DNA from: Macrostomum hystrix
Taxonomy: Eukaryota > Animalia > Platyhelminthes
DNA length: 64,000 nucleotides
Direction: 5' to 3'
Assembly (NCBI GenBank): GCA_950097015.1
Contig: CATNEN010000006.1
Coordinates: 62,001-126,000, forward strand
The notes beneath the pieces were generated by a model. It was given only the letters and a program-made list of their open reading frames with translations. It ran no database searches and was not told the DNA's origin. The translations under genes and the position numbers were made by a program. Shown piece after piece: positions 34,314 through 47,273 of the stretch (position 1 is its first letter; each line of letters opens with the position of its first letter).

Positions 34314-37300
34314 CAACAGATCTCTCAGCCCACAGATCTCTCAGCCCACAGGTCTCTCAGCCCACAGGTCTCTTAGCCAACAGATCTCTCAGCCAACAGA
34401 TCTCTCAGCCCACAGATCTCTCAGCCCACAGATCTCTCAGCCAACAGATCTCTCAGCCCACAGATCTCTCAGCCCACAGGTCTCTCAGCCCACAGATCTC
34501 TCAGCCCACAGGTCTCTCAGCCCACAGATCTCTCAGCCAACAGATCTCTCAGCCCACAGATCTCTCAGCCCACAGGTCTCTCAGCCCACAGGTCTCTCAG
34601 CCCACAGGTCTCTCAGCCCACAGGTCTCTCAGCCCACAGATCTCTCAGCCCACAGATCTCTCAGCCTACAGATCTCTCAGCCCACAGGTCTCTCAGCCTA
34701 CAGATCTCTCAGCCCACAGGTCTCTCAGCCCACAGATCTCTCAGCCCACAGGTCTCTCAGCCCACAGATATCTTAGCCCACAGGTCTCTCAGCCCACAGG
34801 TCTCTCAGCCCACAGGTCTCTCAGCCAACAGGTCTCTCAGCCAACAGGTCTCTCAGCCCACAGGTCTCTCAGCCCACAGATCTCTCAGCCCACAGATCTG
34901 TCAGCCCACAGGTCTCTCAGCCCACAGATCTCTCAGCCCACAGATCTCTCAGCCCACAGGTCTCTCAGCCCACAGGTCTCTCAGCCCACAGGTCTCTCAG
35001 CCCACAGGTCTCTCAGCCCACAGATCTCTCAGCCCACAGGTCTCTCAGCCCACAGATCTCTCAGCCCACAGATCTCTCAGCCCACAGATCTCTCAGCCCA
35101 CAGATCTCTCAGCCAACAGATCTCTCAGCCCACAGATCTCTCAGCCAACAGGTCTCTCAGCCCACAGATCTCTCAGCCCACAGATCTCTCAGCCCACAGA
35201 TCTCTCAGCCAACAGATCTCTCAGCCCACAGATCTCTCAGCCAACAGATCTCTCAGCCCACAGATCTCTCAGCCCACAGATCTCTCAGCCCACAGATCTC
35301 TCAGCCCACAGGTCTCTCAGCCCACAGGTCTCTCAGCCCACAGGTCTCTCAGCCCACAGGTCTCTCAGCCCACAGATCTCTCAGCCCACAGATCTCTCAG
35401 CCCACAGGTCTCTCAGCCCACAGGTCTCTCAGCCCACAGGTCTCTCAGCCCACAGGTCTCTCAGCCCACAGGTCTCTCAGCCCACAGGTCTCTCAGCCCA
35501 CAGGTCTCTCAGCCCACAGGTCTCTCAGCCCACAGGTCTCTCAGCCCACAGGTCTCTCAGCCCACAGGTCTCTCAGCCCACAGATCTCTCAGCCCACAGG
35601 TCTCTCAGCCCACAGGTCTCTCAGCCCACAGGTCTCTTAGCCAACAGATCTCTCAGCCAACAGATCTCTCAGCCCACAGATCTCTCAGCCCACAGGTCTC
35701 TCAGCCCACAGATCTGTCAGCCCACAGGTCTCTCAGCCCACAGGTCTCTCAGCCCACAGGTCTCTTAGCCAACAGATCTCTCAGCCAACAGATCTCTCAG
35801 CCCACAGATCTCTCAGCCCACAGGTCTCTCAGCCCACAGATCTGTCAGCCCACAGGTCTCTCAGCCCACAGGTCTCTCAGCCCACAGGTCTCTTAGCCAA
35901 CAGATCTCTCAGCCCACAGATCTCTCAGCCCACAGATCTCTCAGCCCACAGATCTCTCAGCCTACAGATCTCTCAGCCCACAGATCTCTCAGCCCACAGA
36001 TCTCTCAGCCTACAGATCTCTCAGCCCACAGGTCTCTCAGCCTACAGGTCTCTCAGCCTACAGGTCTCTCAGCCTACAGATCTCTCAGCCCACAGATCTC
36101 TCAGCCCACAGATCTCTCAGCCTACAGATCTCTCAGCCCACAGATCTCTCAGCCCACAGATCTCTTAGCCTACAGGTCTCTCAGCCTACAGGTCTCTCAG
36201 CCTACAGATCTCTCAGCCCACAGATCTCTCAGCCCACAGATCTCTCAGCCTACAGATCTCTCAGCCCACAGATCTCTCAGCCCACAGATCTCTCAGCCTA
36301 CAGATCTCTCAGCCCACAGGTCTCTCAGCCTACAGATCTGTCAGCCCACAGGTCTCTCAGCCCACAGGTCTCTCAGCCCACAGGTCTCTTAGCCAACAGA
36401 TCTCTCAGCCAACAGATCTCTCAGCCCACAGATCTCTCAGCCCACAGGTCTCTCAGCCCACAGATCTCTCAGCCCACAGGCCTCTCAGCCCACAGGTCTC
36501 TCAGCCCACAGATCTCTCAGCCCACAGGTCTCTCAGCCCACAGGTCTCTCAGCCCACAGGTCTCTCAGCCCACAGGTCTCTCAGCCCACAGGTCTCTCAG
36601 CCCACAGGTCTCTCAGCCCACAGATCTCTCAGCCCACAGATCTCTCAGCCTACAGATCTCTCAGCCCACAGGTCTCTCAGCCCACAGATCTCTCAGCCCA
36701 CAGGTCTCTCAGCCCACAGATCTCTCAGCCCACAGATCTCTCAGCCCACAGATCTCTCAGCCCACAGATCTCTCAGCCCACAGGTCTCTCAGCCCACAGG
36801 TCTCTCAGCCCACAGGTCTCTCAGCCCACAGATCTCTCAGCCCACAGATCTCTCAGCCCACAGGTCTCTCAGCCCACAGGTCTCTCAGCCCACAGGTCTC
36901 TCAGCCCACAGATCTCTCAGCCCACAGGTCTCTCAGCCCACAGGTCTCTCAGCCCACAGGTCTCTCAGCCCACAGGTCTCTCAGCCCACAGGTCTCTCAG
37001 CCCACAGGTCTCTCAGCCCACAGGTCTCTCAGCCCACAGGTCTCTCAGCCCACAGGTCTCTCAGCCCACAGGTCTCTCAGCCCACAGGTCTCTCAGCCCA
37101 CAGGTCTCTCAGCCCACAGATCTCTCAGCCCACAGATCTCTCAGCCCACAGGTCTCTCAGCCCACAGATCTGTCAGCCCACAGGTCTCTCAGCCCACAGG
37201 TCTCTCAGCCCACAGGTCTCTTAGCCAACAGATCTCTCAGCCAACAGATCTCTCAGCCCACAGATCTCTCAGCCCACAGATCTCTCAGCCAACAGATCTC

Positions 37301-40300
37301 TCAGCCCACAGATCTCTCAGCCCACAGATCTCTCAGCCAACAGATCTCTCAGCCCACAGATCTCTCAGCCCACAGGTCTCTCAGCCCACAGATCTCTCAG
37401 CCCACAGATCTCTCAGCCCACAGGTCTCTCAGCCCACAGATCTGTCAGCCCACAGGTCTCTCAGCCCACAGGTCTCTCAGCCCACAGGTCTCTTAGCCAA
37501 CAGATCTCTCAGCCCACAGATCTCTCAGCCAACAGATCTCTCAGCCCACAGATCTCTCAGCCCACAGATCTCTCAGCCAACAGATCTCTCAGCCCACAGA
37601 TCTCTCAGCCCACAGGTCTCTCAGCCCACAGATCTCTCAGCCCACAGATCTCTCAGCCCACAGGTCTCTCAGCCCACAGATCTGTCAGCCCACAGGTCTC
37701 TCAGCCCACAGGTCTCTCAGCCCACAGGTCTCTTAGCCAACAGATCTCTCAGCCAACAGATCTCTCAGCCCACAGATCTCTCAGCCCACAGATCTCTCAG
37801 CCAACAGATCTCTCAGCCCACAGATCTCTCAGCCCACAGATCTCTCAGCCAACAGATCTCTCAGCCCACAGATCTCTCAGCCCACAGGTCTCTCAGCCCA
37901 CAGATCTCTCAGCCCACAGGTCTCTCAGCCCACAGGTCTCTTAGCCAACAGATCTCTCAGCCAACAGATCTCTCAGCCCACAGATCTCTCAGCCCACAGA
38001 TCTCTCAGCCAACAGATCTCTCAGCCCACAGATCTCTCAGCCCACAGATCTCTCAGCCAACAGATCTCTCAGCCCACAGATCTCTCAGCCCACAGGTCTC
38101 TCAGCCCACAGATCTCTCAGCCCACAGATCTCTCAGCCCACAGATCTCTCAGCCCACAGATCTCTCAGCCAACAGATCTCTCAGCCCACAGATCTCTCAG
38201 CCCACAGGTCTCTCAGCCCACAGATCTCTCAGCCCACAGGTCTCTCAGCCCACAGGTCTCTCAGCCCACAGGTCTCTCAGCCCACAGGTCTCTCAGCCCA
38301 CAGGTCTCTCAGCCCACAGGTCTCTCAGCCCACAGGTCTCTCAGCCCACAGGTCTCTCAGCCCACAGGTCTCTCAGCCCACAGATATCTTAGCCCACAGG
38401 TCTCTCAGCCCACAGGTCTCTCAGCCCACAGGTCTCTCAGCCAACAGGTCTCTCAGCCAACAGGTCTCTCAGCCCACAGGTCTCTCAGCCCACAGATCTC
38501 TCAGCCCACAGATCTGTCAGCCCACAGGTCTCTCAGCCCACAGATCTCTCAGCCCACAGATCTCTCAGCCCACAGGTCTCTCAGCCCACAGGTCTCTCAG
38601 CCCACAGGTCTCTCAGCCCACAGGTCTCTCAGCCCACAGATCTCTCAGCCCACAGGTCTCTCAGCCCACAGATCTCTCAGCCCACAGATCTCTCAGCCCA
38701 CAGATCTCTCAGCCCACAGATCTCTCAGCCAACAGATCTCTCAGCCCACAGATCTCTCAGCCAACAGGTCTCTCAGCCCACAGATCTCTCAGCCCACAGA
38801 TCTCTCAGCCCACAGATCTCTCAGCCAACAGATCTCTCAGCCCACAGATCTCTCAGCCAACAGATCTCTCAGCCCACAGATCTCTCAGCCCACAGATCTC
38901 TCAGCCCACAGATCTCTCAGCCCACAGGTCTCTCAGCCCACAGGTCTCTCAGCCCACAGGTCTCTCAGCCCACAGGTCTCTCAGCCCACAGATCTCTCAG
39001 CCCACAGATCTCTCAGCCCACAGGTCTCTCAGCCCACAGGTCTCTCAGCCCACAGGTCTCTCAGCCCACAGGTCTCTCAGCCCACAGGTCTCTCAGCCCA
39101 CAGGTCTCTCAGCCCACAGGTCTCTCAGCCCACAGGTCTCTCAGCCCACAGGTCTCTCAGCCCACAGGTCTCTCAGCCCACAGGTCTCTCAGCCCACAGA
39201 TCTCTCAGCCCACAGGTCTCTCAGCCCACAGGTCTCTCAGCCCACAGGTCTCTTAGCCAACAGATCTCTCAGCCAACAGATCTCTCAGCCCACAGATCTC
39301 TCAGCCCACAGATCTCTCAGCCCACAGATCTCTCAGCCTACAGATCTCTCAGCCCACAGGTCTCTCAGCCTACAGGTCTCTCAGCCTACAGGTCTCTCAG
39401 CCTACAGATCTCTCAGCCCACAGATCTCTCAGCCCACAGATCTCTCAGCCTACAGATCTCTCAGCCCACAGATCTCTCAGCCCACAGATCTCTTAGCCTA
39501 CAGGTCTCTCAGCCTACAGGTCTCTCAGCCTACAGATCTCTCAGCCCACAGATCTCTCAGCCCACAGATCTCTCAGCCTACAGATCTCTCAGCCCACAGA
39601 TCTCTCAGCCCACAGATCTCTCAGCCTACAGATCTCTCAGCCCACAGGTCTCTCAGCCTACAGATCTGTCAGCCCACAGGTCTCTCAGCCCACAGGTCTC
39701 TCAGCCCACAGGTCTCTTAGCCAACAGATCTCTCAGCCAACAGATCTCTCAGCCCACAGATCTCTCAGCCCACAGGTCTCTCAGCCCACAGATCTCTCAG
39801 CCCACAGGCCTCTCAGCCCACAGGTCTCTCAGCCCACAGATCTCTCAGCCCACAGGTCTCTCAGCCCACAGGTCTCTCAGCCCACAGGTCTCTCAGCCCA
39901 CAGGTCTCTCAGCCCACAGGTCTCTCAGCCCACAGGTCTCTCAGCCCACAGATCTCTCAGCCCACAGATCTCTCAGCCTACAGATCTCTCAGCCCACAGG
40001 TCTCTCAGCCCACAGATCTCTCAGCCCACAGGTCTCTCAGCCCACAGATCTCTCAGCCCACAGATCTCTCAGCCCACAGATCTCTCAGCCCACAGATCTC
40101 TCAGCCCACAGGTCTCTCAGCCCACAGGTCTCTCAGCCCACAGGTCTCTCAGCCCACAGATCTCTCAGCCCACAGATCTCTCAGCCCACAGGTCTCTCAG
40201 CCCACAGGTCTCTCAGCCCACAGGTCTCTCAGCCCACAGATCTCTCAGCCCACAGGTCTCTCAGCCCACAGGTCTCTCAGCCCACAGGTCTCTCAGCCCA

Positions 40301-41845
40301 CAGGTCTCTCAGCCCACAGGTCTCTCAGCCCACAGGTCTCTCAGCCCACAGGTCTCTCAGCCCACAGGTCTCTCAGCCCACAGGTCTCTCAGCCCACAGG
40401 TCTCTCAGCCCACAGGTCTCTCAGCCCACAGGTCTCTCAGCCCACAGATCTCTCAGCCCACAGATCTCTCAGCCCACAGGTCTCTCAGCCCACAGATCTG
40501 TCAGCCCACAGGTCTCTCAGCCCACAGGTCTCTCAGCCCACAGGTCTCTTAGCCAACAGATCTCTCAGCCAACAGATCTCTCAGCCCACAGATCTCTCAG
40601 CCCACAGATCTCTCAGCCAACAGATCTCTCAGCCCACAGATCTCTCAGCCCACAGATCTCTCAGCCAACAGATCTCTCAGCCCACAGATCTCTCAGCCCA
40701 CAGGTCTCTCAGCCCACAGATCTCTCAGCCCACAGATCTCTCAGCCCACAGGTCTCTCAGCCCACAGATCTGTCAGCCCACAGGTCTCTCAGCCCACAGG
40801 TCTCTCAGCCCACAGGTCTCTTAGCCAACAGATCTCTCAGCCCACAGATCTCTCAGCCAACAGATCTCTCAGCCCACAGATCTCTCAGCCCACAGATCTC
40901 TCAGCCAACAGATCTCTCAGCCCACAGATCTCTCAGCCCACAGGTCTCTCAGCCCACAGATCTCTCAGCCCACAGATCTCTCAGCCCACAGGTCTCTCAG
41001 CCCACAGATCTGTCAGCCCACAGGTCTCTCAGCCCACAGGTCTCTCAGCCCACAGGTCTCTTAGCCAACAGATCTCTCAGCCAACAGATCTCTCAGCCCA
41101 CAGATCTCTCAGCCCACAGATCTCTCAGCCAACAGATCTCTCAGCCCACAGATCTCTCAGCCCACAGATCTCTCAGCCAACAGATCTCTCAGCCCACAGA
41201 TCTCTCAGCCCACAGGTCTCTCAGCCCACAGATCTCTCAGCCCACAGGTCTCTCAGCCCACAGGTCTCTCAGCCCACAGGTCTCTCAGCCCACAGATCTC
41301 TCAGCCCACAGGTCTCTCAGCCCACAGGTCTCTCAGCCCACAGGTCTCTTAGCCAACAGATCTCTCAGCCAACAGATCTCTCAGCCCACAGATCTCTCAG
41401 CCCACAGATCTCTCAGCCAACAGATCTCTCAGCCCACAGATCTCTCAGCCCACAGATCTCTCAGCCCACAGGTCTCTCAGCCCACAGATCTGTCAGCCCA
41501 CAGGTCTCTCAGCCCACAGGTCTCTCAGCCCACAGGTCTCTTAGCCAACAGATCTCTCAGCCAACAGATCTCTCAGCCCACAGATCTCTCAGCCCACAGA
41601 TCTCTCAGCCAACAGATCTCTCAGCCCACAGATCTCTCAGCCCACAGATCTCTCAGCCAACAGATCTCTCAGCCAACAGATCTCTCAGCCCACAGGTCTC
41701 TCAGCCCACAGATCTCTCAGCCCACAGATCTCTCAGCCCACAGATCTCTCAGCCCACAGATCTCTCAGCCTACAGATCTCTCAGCCTACAGATCTCTCAG
41801 CCCACAGATCTCTCAGCCCACAGATCTCTCAGCCTACAGATCTGT
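34314..41845. repeat. 16-bp satellite, right arm (about 7.5 kb)
   Basis: Continuous CTCTCAGCCCACAG[G/A]T units with CAAC, CTAC, CTTAG and CTGTC variants. Confidence 0.98.
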
Positions 41846-42099
41846 GTTGAAGAACTGAAGTGTGGCATTGAGTAAGTCCCCCAAAAAAGTCAGCGAGTCT
41901 GAGATCAAAGTTCGACTGACTCAAAGAAGTGCTTATCTCGCCTGGTACGCCTTCGTGGGCTTAGCACTGGTACGGGAAGCGCAAAAGTGTGACGAAAAAG
42001 TTTAAGATTTCTGATTAGAAAACTGTCAGAAATCAGCATTTTAATGACAACTCAAGGTCGCCAAAAAGCAATTAGCCCCATGTAGAAGAGGATTAATCA

Positions 42100-42375
42100 A
42101 CGACAGAGAGAAAAGTGACACTAAAACACAGACATACGAGACATGCATAAAATGCAGACAGATACGCACACACACAGACACAGACACACACAAAGAAAAA
42201 GACACAGACACAGACAAAGACGCACGAGCACACAAACAAAGACACAGATACAGACAAAGACACAGAAACACAAATACGCGCGCACACACACAGACAAATA
42301 CACAGACACAGATATTCTCAATAACTATACAGTAAATTCACACAGACATTCAAATAGACAATCACAGAGACACTG
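42100..42375. repeat. CA-rich low-complexity tract
   Basis: ACACAGAC-like degenerate repeats. Confidence 0.85.
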
Positions 42376-43395
42376 AAATATAGTTAGAGCATTAGGAAGA
42401 CCTACTTCTAATATAAAGAAGGAGATGAAATAAAACCTAACTTATGAAAAATTCCGAACTGTTCCGGCTCTCTGATAGTTTATTTGCAGTGAATTAAGTC
42501 AAGCAAATATGCAACAAGTTCGCAAATTCAATTCGATATTGAGAGGAATTCTAAAAAAATCATTAAAAATAAGAAACGGCAGTTCGATAATTTACTTTCT
42601 GATATTCAGCAGTAATAAGGCCAAAATTTCGCAGTTTGGAAAGACATGAAAAGTATATTTAATCACGAACAGAACGCATAGAAAAAGCTGGACCGGAGTG
42701 TTTTGCCGCATGCATTCGGTCGCCTTGATGATCTTCTGCAAGGCAACGTCATTCAAAGTTCACGCATTTATCAAATTGTGTGACTTATTTTGGAACATTT
42801 CGAATGTCAACCTAAAAGTGAAAGCTCGGGTGCTCATTGTACTATATAGTTGTAATTTCTCTCATATTGCACTTTTACAGAAAAGATCTGGCACGGAGTG
42901 GACGGTATAGACCAGCTATTATCAGGAGCTACCAGGTGTCATGCCGTGCCAGTCTTCAGGGGGGGAGTCATAGTCGCCAAAGTCATATAGTTTCACTCTC
43001 TTATCACAGATTTATCTAGCTAAATAGATTATGAGAGTTGACAGAGGCGAGAAACCAAAGCGCCTGGTACGAAATCAACGAGGAAAATTGTTCCAAAGAA
43101 CTATTTGTTTAGATTAAAAAAATGTAATCGTCCGCTGTGGTGAATGCTGCGATGGGTCGAAAGTTACGATCATTCTAAACAAAAATCGACTAAATCCCAG
43201 GTATTTTCCAGCTCGAACAGACTCGAAATGTTAAATATTAATCTTCGGTATCCGTGGTATCCGGTGCGCAGTTGCTATGCGTCTATTTATAAGTACATAC
43301 AGCCTAAACTGGCTCCGGGACAGAGCCACTCAGCTTCAGTTTGTCGTGGGGAGCAGTCAAAAGTACGAGTACATAGGCAGGTGGGCAGTGTGAGC

Positions 43396-44355
43396 TCATT
43401 CTCTCTTCTTGTCCTTGTCCGGCACCAGCTCGCCGTTCTCAGTGCCGCCCATCAGCTCCGTGGCGTGCTTGTTGATCCTCTGGCCGCGGCGCCTCTCCTC
43501 CCAGGCCAGCAGCCGCTTGCCCTTGACACCGCCGCCGGAGATGCCCGGACAGTCCCAGCCAAATAGGCGGTCCCAGGTGGAGAAGAAGGGCTGGTAGTTT
43601 GTCAGCGGCTTCATGTGGTGCATGTCGTGCTTTGGCCCGCCGCCGTAGATTGGCAGCCATTTGTGCGGGAAGATCGGCAGATCGTAGCCAGAGTGCGCCT
43701 CAACCGACATGCCAACGTTGAGAAGCATGAAGCACCAGTACGTCATCGGGTGGCACTCGAAGAACCAGCCGTCGATTGTAGTGAAGAAGCCCACCGTCAC
43801 GAGCTCCCACGGGTGCAGGTACTGAGTTGTCCAGCCAAACGTGGCGTGGTACTGGTGGTGAATGGCGTGGAAGTTCTTGTACAGCCAGCGGTTGCGGTGA
43901 TGGACCATGTGCCAGAACCAGTACTGAAAGTCAAAGATCATCATCATGGCCACGCTCTGATAGGCGAAGTCGTAGAATTTCGGCGCAAGCTTCGGGAAAG
44001 GCGTCGGTGGCACCCAGATCCACTGAGCGATGATGGTTGGCAGGATGTACACAAAGTTATTGTAGAGCGTCTTCAAGATCGCTTTGCGCATCATTGGCCA
44101 GGTGACCCTCTTGTCAGGTTGGATTTTGAAGCGCTTGACAATGCTCAGATCTTGGAAGTACAGATCCACGATGGTATAGGGAATATTGCACAGAAAGTAG
44201 AACCCGATGGAGAGGAAGACAGGAAACAATGGCGAAGTCATCCAGTCCTCGAAGCCTAGCCGGAGGTCCCAGATTGGCTGCAGCACGCGTTGCTCCGTGA
44301 CATTCTCCTCATGGAGGGTAAAGTTGCGATCTTTTTTGAAGAACTTCAAGTCCAT
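43396..44355 (-). CDS. Cholesterol 25-hydroxylase-like / fatty acid hydroxylase superfamily membrane enzyme, single exon, 319 aa
   Basis: ATG at 44355. Three histidine boxes (HMVHH, HAIHH, HDMHH), hydrophobic segments, EAHSGYDLP and NYQPFFSTWDRLFG, as in the sterol desaturase/CH25H family. Confidence 0.88.
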   Translation of the reverse strand: MDLKFFKKDRNFTLHEENVTEQRVLQPIWDLRLGFEDWMTSPLFPVFLSIGFYFLCNIPYTIVDLYFQDLSIVKRFKIQPDKRVTWPMMRKAILKTLYNNFVYILPTIIAQWIWVPPTPFPKLAPKFYDFAYQSVAMMMIFDFQYWFWHMVHHRNRWLYKNFHAIHHQYHATFGWTTQYLHPWELVTVGFFTTIDGWFFECHPMTYWCFMLLNVGMSVEAHSGYDLPIFPHKWLPIYGGGPKHDMHHMKPLTNYQPFFSTWDRLFGWDCPGISGGGVKGKRLLAWEERRRGQRINKHATELMGGTENGELVPDKDKKRE

Positions 44356-45258
44356 CGCTTGGAAGACTTGAAGAGACTTGAAAAAAAGCAAAAAAAGTTT
44401 GGCGCTCAGAAACTGCTCAAGGTCTCAGGGCGGAGCGCTGCCTCAAATACTGGTTGGACAACCCCAATACTGTCAGAGTACCTGACAGGTTGACGCCAGC
44501 GAACTCAGAACTATTCCGAGAATACCGTCACACCTGGTCAAAGGTTTTTTGGTCCCACCCTCTCAACAATGCCCTAGCACGGCTGACAGCTCACTGGCCA
44601 ATTAGTTGCGACGTGCCAGGCAACCAACCAACAGCGCAGTAGATTAGGTGCCAGGCATTTAGCAGGAATGTGAACTCAGGTCAAGCTTCATTTCTAGAGA
44701 AGTGCACTATCAGCTGACCGATGTTTGAATATTTTTGGAGATACAGAAAAATATATATGTAAGTATTTATAATATGTAAGTTACTTAAATATGTAAGTAT
44801 TAAGTATATGTAAGTATTTGACCACCACCCGGTGGTCTTTCTACTGTTGAAAAATATACGAGTACACTCATGGGCAGAAAAGTTCAAGAAATTTGGAATA
44901 TTTGATCATTCCAGGGCTGCAGACTGACGGACTGTTTGGTCATTGAGAAAAAACTATAGAGGCAAACAAAAAGTATTTTAACTATTCATATTAAAATTGT
45001 CAGAGTGCGATGATGCAATCATAGCTTACGCAATTGATGACTATGAAAACAAGAGAAATGGTCAATAGCAAGTCAAAGTTCGATTGAAATTTGATCGGTA
45101 TGGACAAATTGTAATTAATTTAGTCGAGAAACAAACCATTTCTTATATACTACTACGGCAGGGTGGTTGAGTAGTAAGTAATACTCATGAAAAGCTGACT
45201 TTATAACAATTCTTGCGAGACCGAGGCCCCAGCGTTCCGCAATCAGTAGCGGTATCTA

Positions 45259-46488
45259 CAGTGTTGGTCGCGTTACCAAAAAGTAACGGCGATGGTGGTA
45301 AAAATAGTAATAATTGCAGGAGGCTGCGAGCAGTGGCACAGTATTGGTGACACTAGGCCCGCAGCCAGCGAGGAGGCAATTCTGCCCTTTCCGCTGACTC
45401 CTGAGCACACACGCACAGAGATACTGTACGCAGGCACACGCTCACACAGGTGTGTACATCTGCCCTGACTTTCTCATCGTCAGGCAGTGTACACTTCACT
45501 GTGCCTTGTAGGTTGGCCCTCAAGGGCATAAATTGCACGACAAGCCTCCAAGCCTTCTCTCCGCGGCTGCGCCCCAAATAAATGTGGCCTCGCCGTGGAA
45601 TCGAACTTAGGGACCTTGGTGCGAGAGGCAAGCGCGTTAACCGCTCTGCCACCGACCCCCTTGGCGATGGCGGTAACGATCGTTACTGACCATTTGGTAA
45701 CGTAAAAATTAGGTAACGAAAAAAACACAAAATATTAACTGTCGTTACTTTTAATCGTTACTTTCAGTTTTTTTCGGTTAATTCCGAAGTTACTGAAAAA
45801 ATACCATAAATATGCTACTTTTTACGCCAGCATGTTATGAATATACGTGCTGATTTGTTTATCTGCCAGAACTCATATCATAATGTTGTAATTTCCAACA
45901 TCGTCCCTTTTTAGACTCCGTTATCATATCACTCTGACAGATCTTGACCATTTCGGGCTTGGGTTTAGCAGCCATGAGATCACGTGAAGATTTTAGATTA
46001 GATTGATAATGTTGATGATTGATAATGATCTCATAATTGACGTCAAAGTAAAGTAACAGACTACAGTCAGTCTATGGATTGACCAATAAATATTTAGCAA
46101 AGCCGCAGTTAGCAACAAAAACAAAGAAACTCAAATCCAAATAAATGCAAAATGTTATTAATATAAAGCAATAGAAATGGGAAGATGAACTTGCCAATTA
46201 TATAAATTTGACTATCTTTTTACTTGTAAGTAGAAAAGTCAAACAATTTAAAACGTTTCTTTTACACAGCAAAAGAAATAATTTACAGTGCTGCCAGTGT
46301 CCTACTAATTTTTTCGGAAACTGCTAACGAAAACAGGTACCGGGAAATGCACACGTACTGTTGGTAACGACTCGTTACCATCATTTTCGTTACCAGCCCG
46401 TGGTTACGGAAAAAAGTAACGTTGCGAAAAAGTAACGATCGTTACCAAATTGGTAACTAGTAACGAGTAACGCGCCCAAAACATCCTG
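45259..46488. mobile_element. Degenerate non-autonomous DNA transposon (hAT-like) with GTAAC subterminal repeats
   Basis: Left end CAGTGTTGGTCGCGTTAC versus right end GTAACGCGCCCAAAACATCCTG (imperfect inverted match). Clusters of GTAAC/GTTAC lie near both ends. No clear TSD. Confidence 0.5.
45302..45662 (-). mobile_element. SINE family 1, full-length copy with TSD
   Basis: Flanked by GGCGATGGTGGTAA (45288-45301) and GGCGATGGCGGTAA (45663-45676). Confidence 0.9.
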
Positions 46489-46970
46489 AATCTGTGAACC
46501 TCGTCTTCTAGAGCCCAATCCAATGTTGAGGACTTTCGGCGAGTTCAATTGAGTCAGTCGTGTCAGTCTCTTAGCATTAAAAAGGTAAGAGCTAGCTGTG
46601 TAGCTACCTGAAGCAGTTTCTTTCTAAAGGTAAGTTAAGAAAAGAAACGACATAGCAGATTATGCGTTAAGTTGTTAGAAAACAAAGCTCTGCATTAAAA
46701 CATCATTGTTAACGCGTCTTAATTTGTATTTCTGTAGAACTGTTCAGTTTTCGATCGCACTTTATCACAAATTTGTTATATCAGGCTTTCAAATTTCAGA
46801 TTGGAAATTCGAAACGATTGCTGGAATCCAAGATCTACCTGACGGTCACTGCTTATTCTTTCTAGGCTAAAAAGCTGTATTTTTATTCCAAACAGGATTC
46901 AGACACTAAAGAGACAAGAGTCTAAACCAGTTGCATTGCATGAACGTTGGCGCGCTTTGTTTTGCTTTCT

Positions 46971-47273
46971 CTACCAGGTGCAGAACTTCAGCAGGCATGG
47001 CGTCACACCGTAGGATCTGCGACGCACCACTGGACCCGAGGGCGTTGGCGCCGGCGGCTGCTGCGCCCTCTCGCGCTGCTCCTGGCGCTGCTGCTGCCAG
47101 TCCAGCATCATTTGGCGCAGCAGAAGCCGGCGAAGCATCGACTCGGAGCGCAGATCGGTGTCGTACCTCGGGTCGGTAGCAACTTCATCGTCTTCGGCGA
47201 CTGTCATGCAATGGACTCCATGCAGGACGGCCAGGCAGAGAAGAAGGGCGGTTGCAATGCTGATTGGGGCCAT
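46971..47273 (-). CDS. Secreted neuropeptide precursor (100 aa) with C-terminal SYGVTPCLLKFCTW
   Basis: Hydrophobic signal peptide MAPISIATALLLCLAVLHGVHC, then an acidic/Gln-rich spacer, an RRR cleavage site and a two-Cys C-terminal peptide. An acceptor (CCTACAG) lies just upstream of the ATG, and AATAAA is at 46882-46887 on the minus strand. Confidence 0.78.
   Translation of the reverse strand: MAPISIATALLLCLAVLHGVHCMTVAEDDEVATDPRYDTDLRSESMLRRLLLRQMMLDWQQQRQEQRERAQQPPAPTPSGPVVRRRSYGVTPCLLKFCTW

Noticed and set aside
34051-35896. Long ORFs (529 aa, 241 aa) with SQPTGLSAHRSL repeats
   Set aside because: Translation of the 16-bp satellite. There is no unique sequence, splice context or domain.
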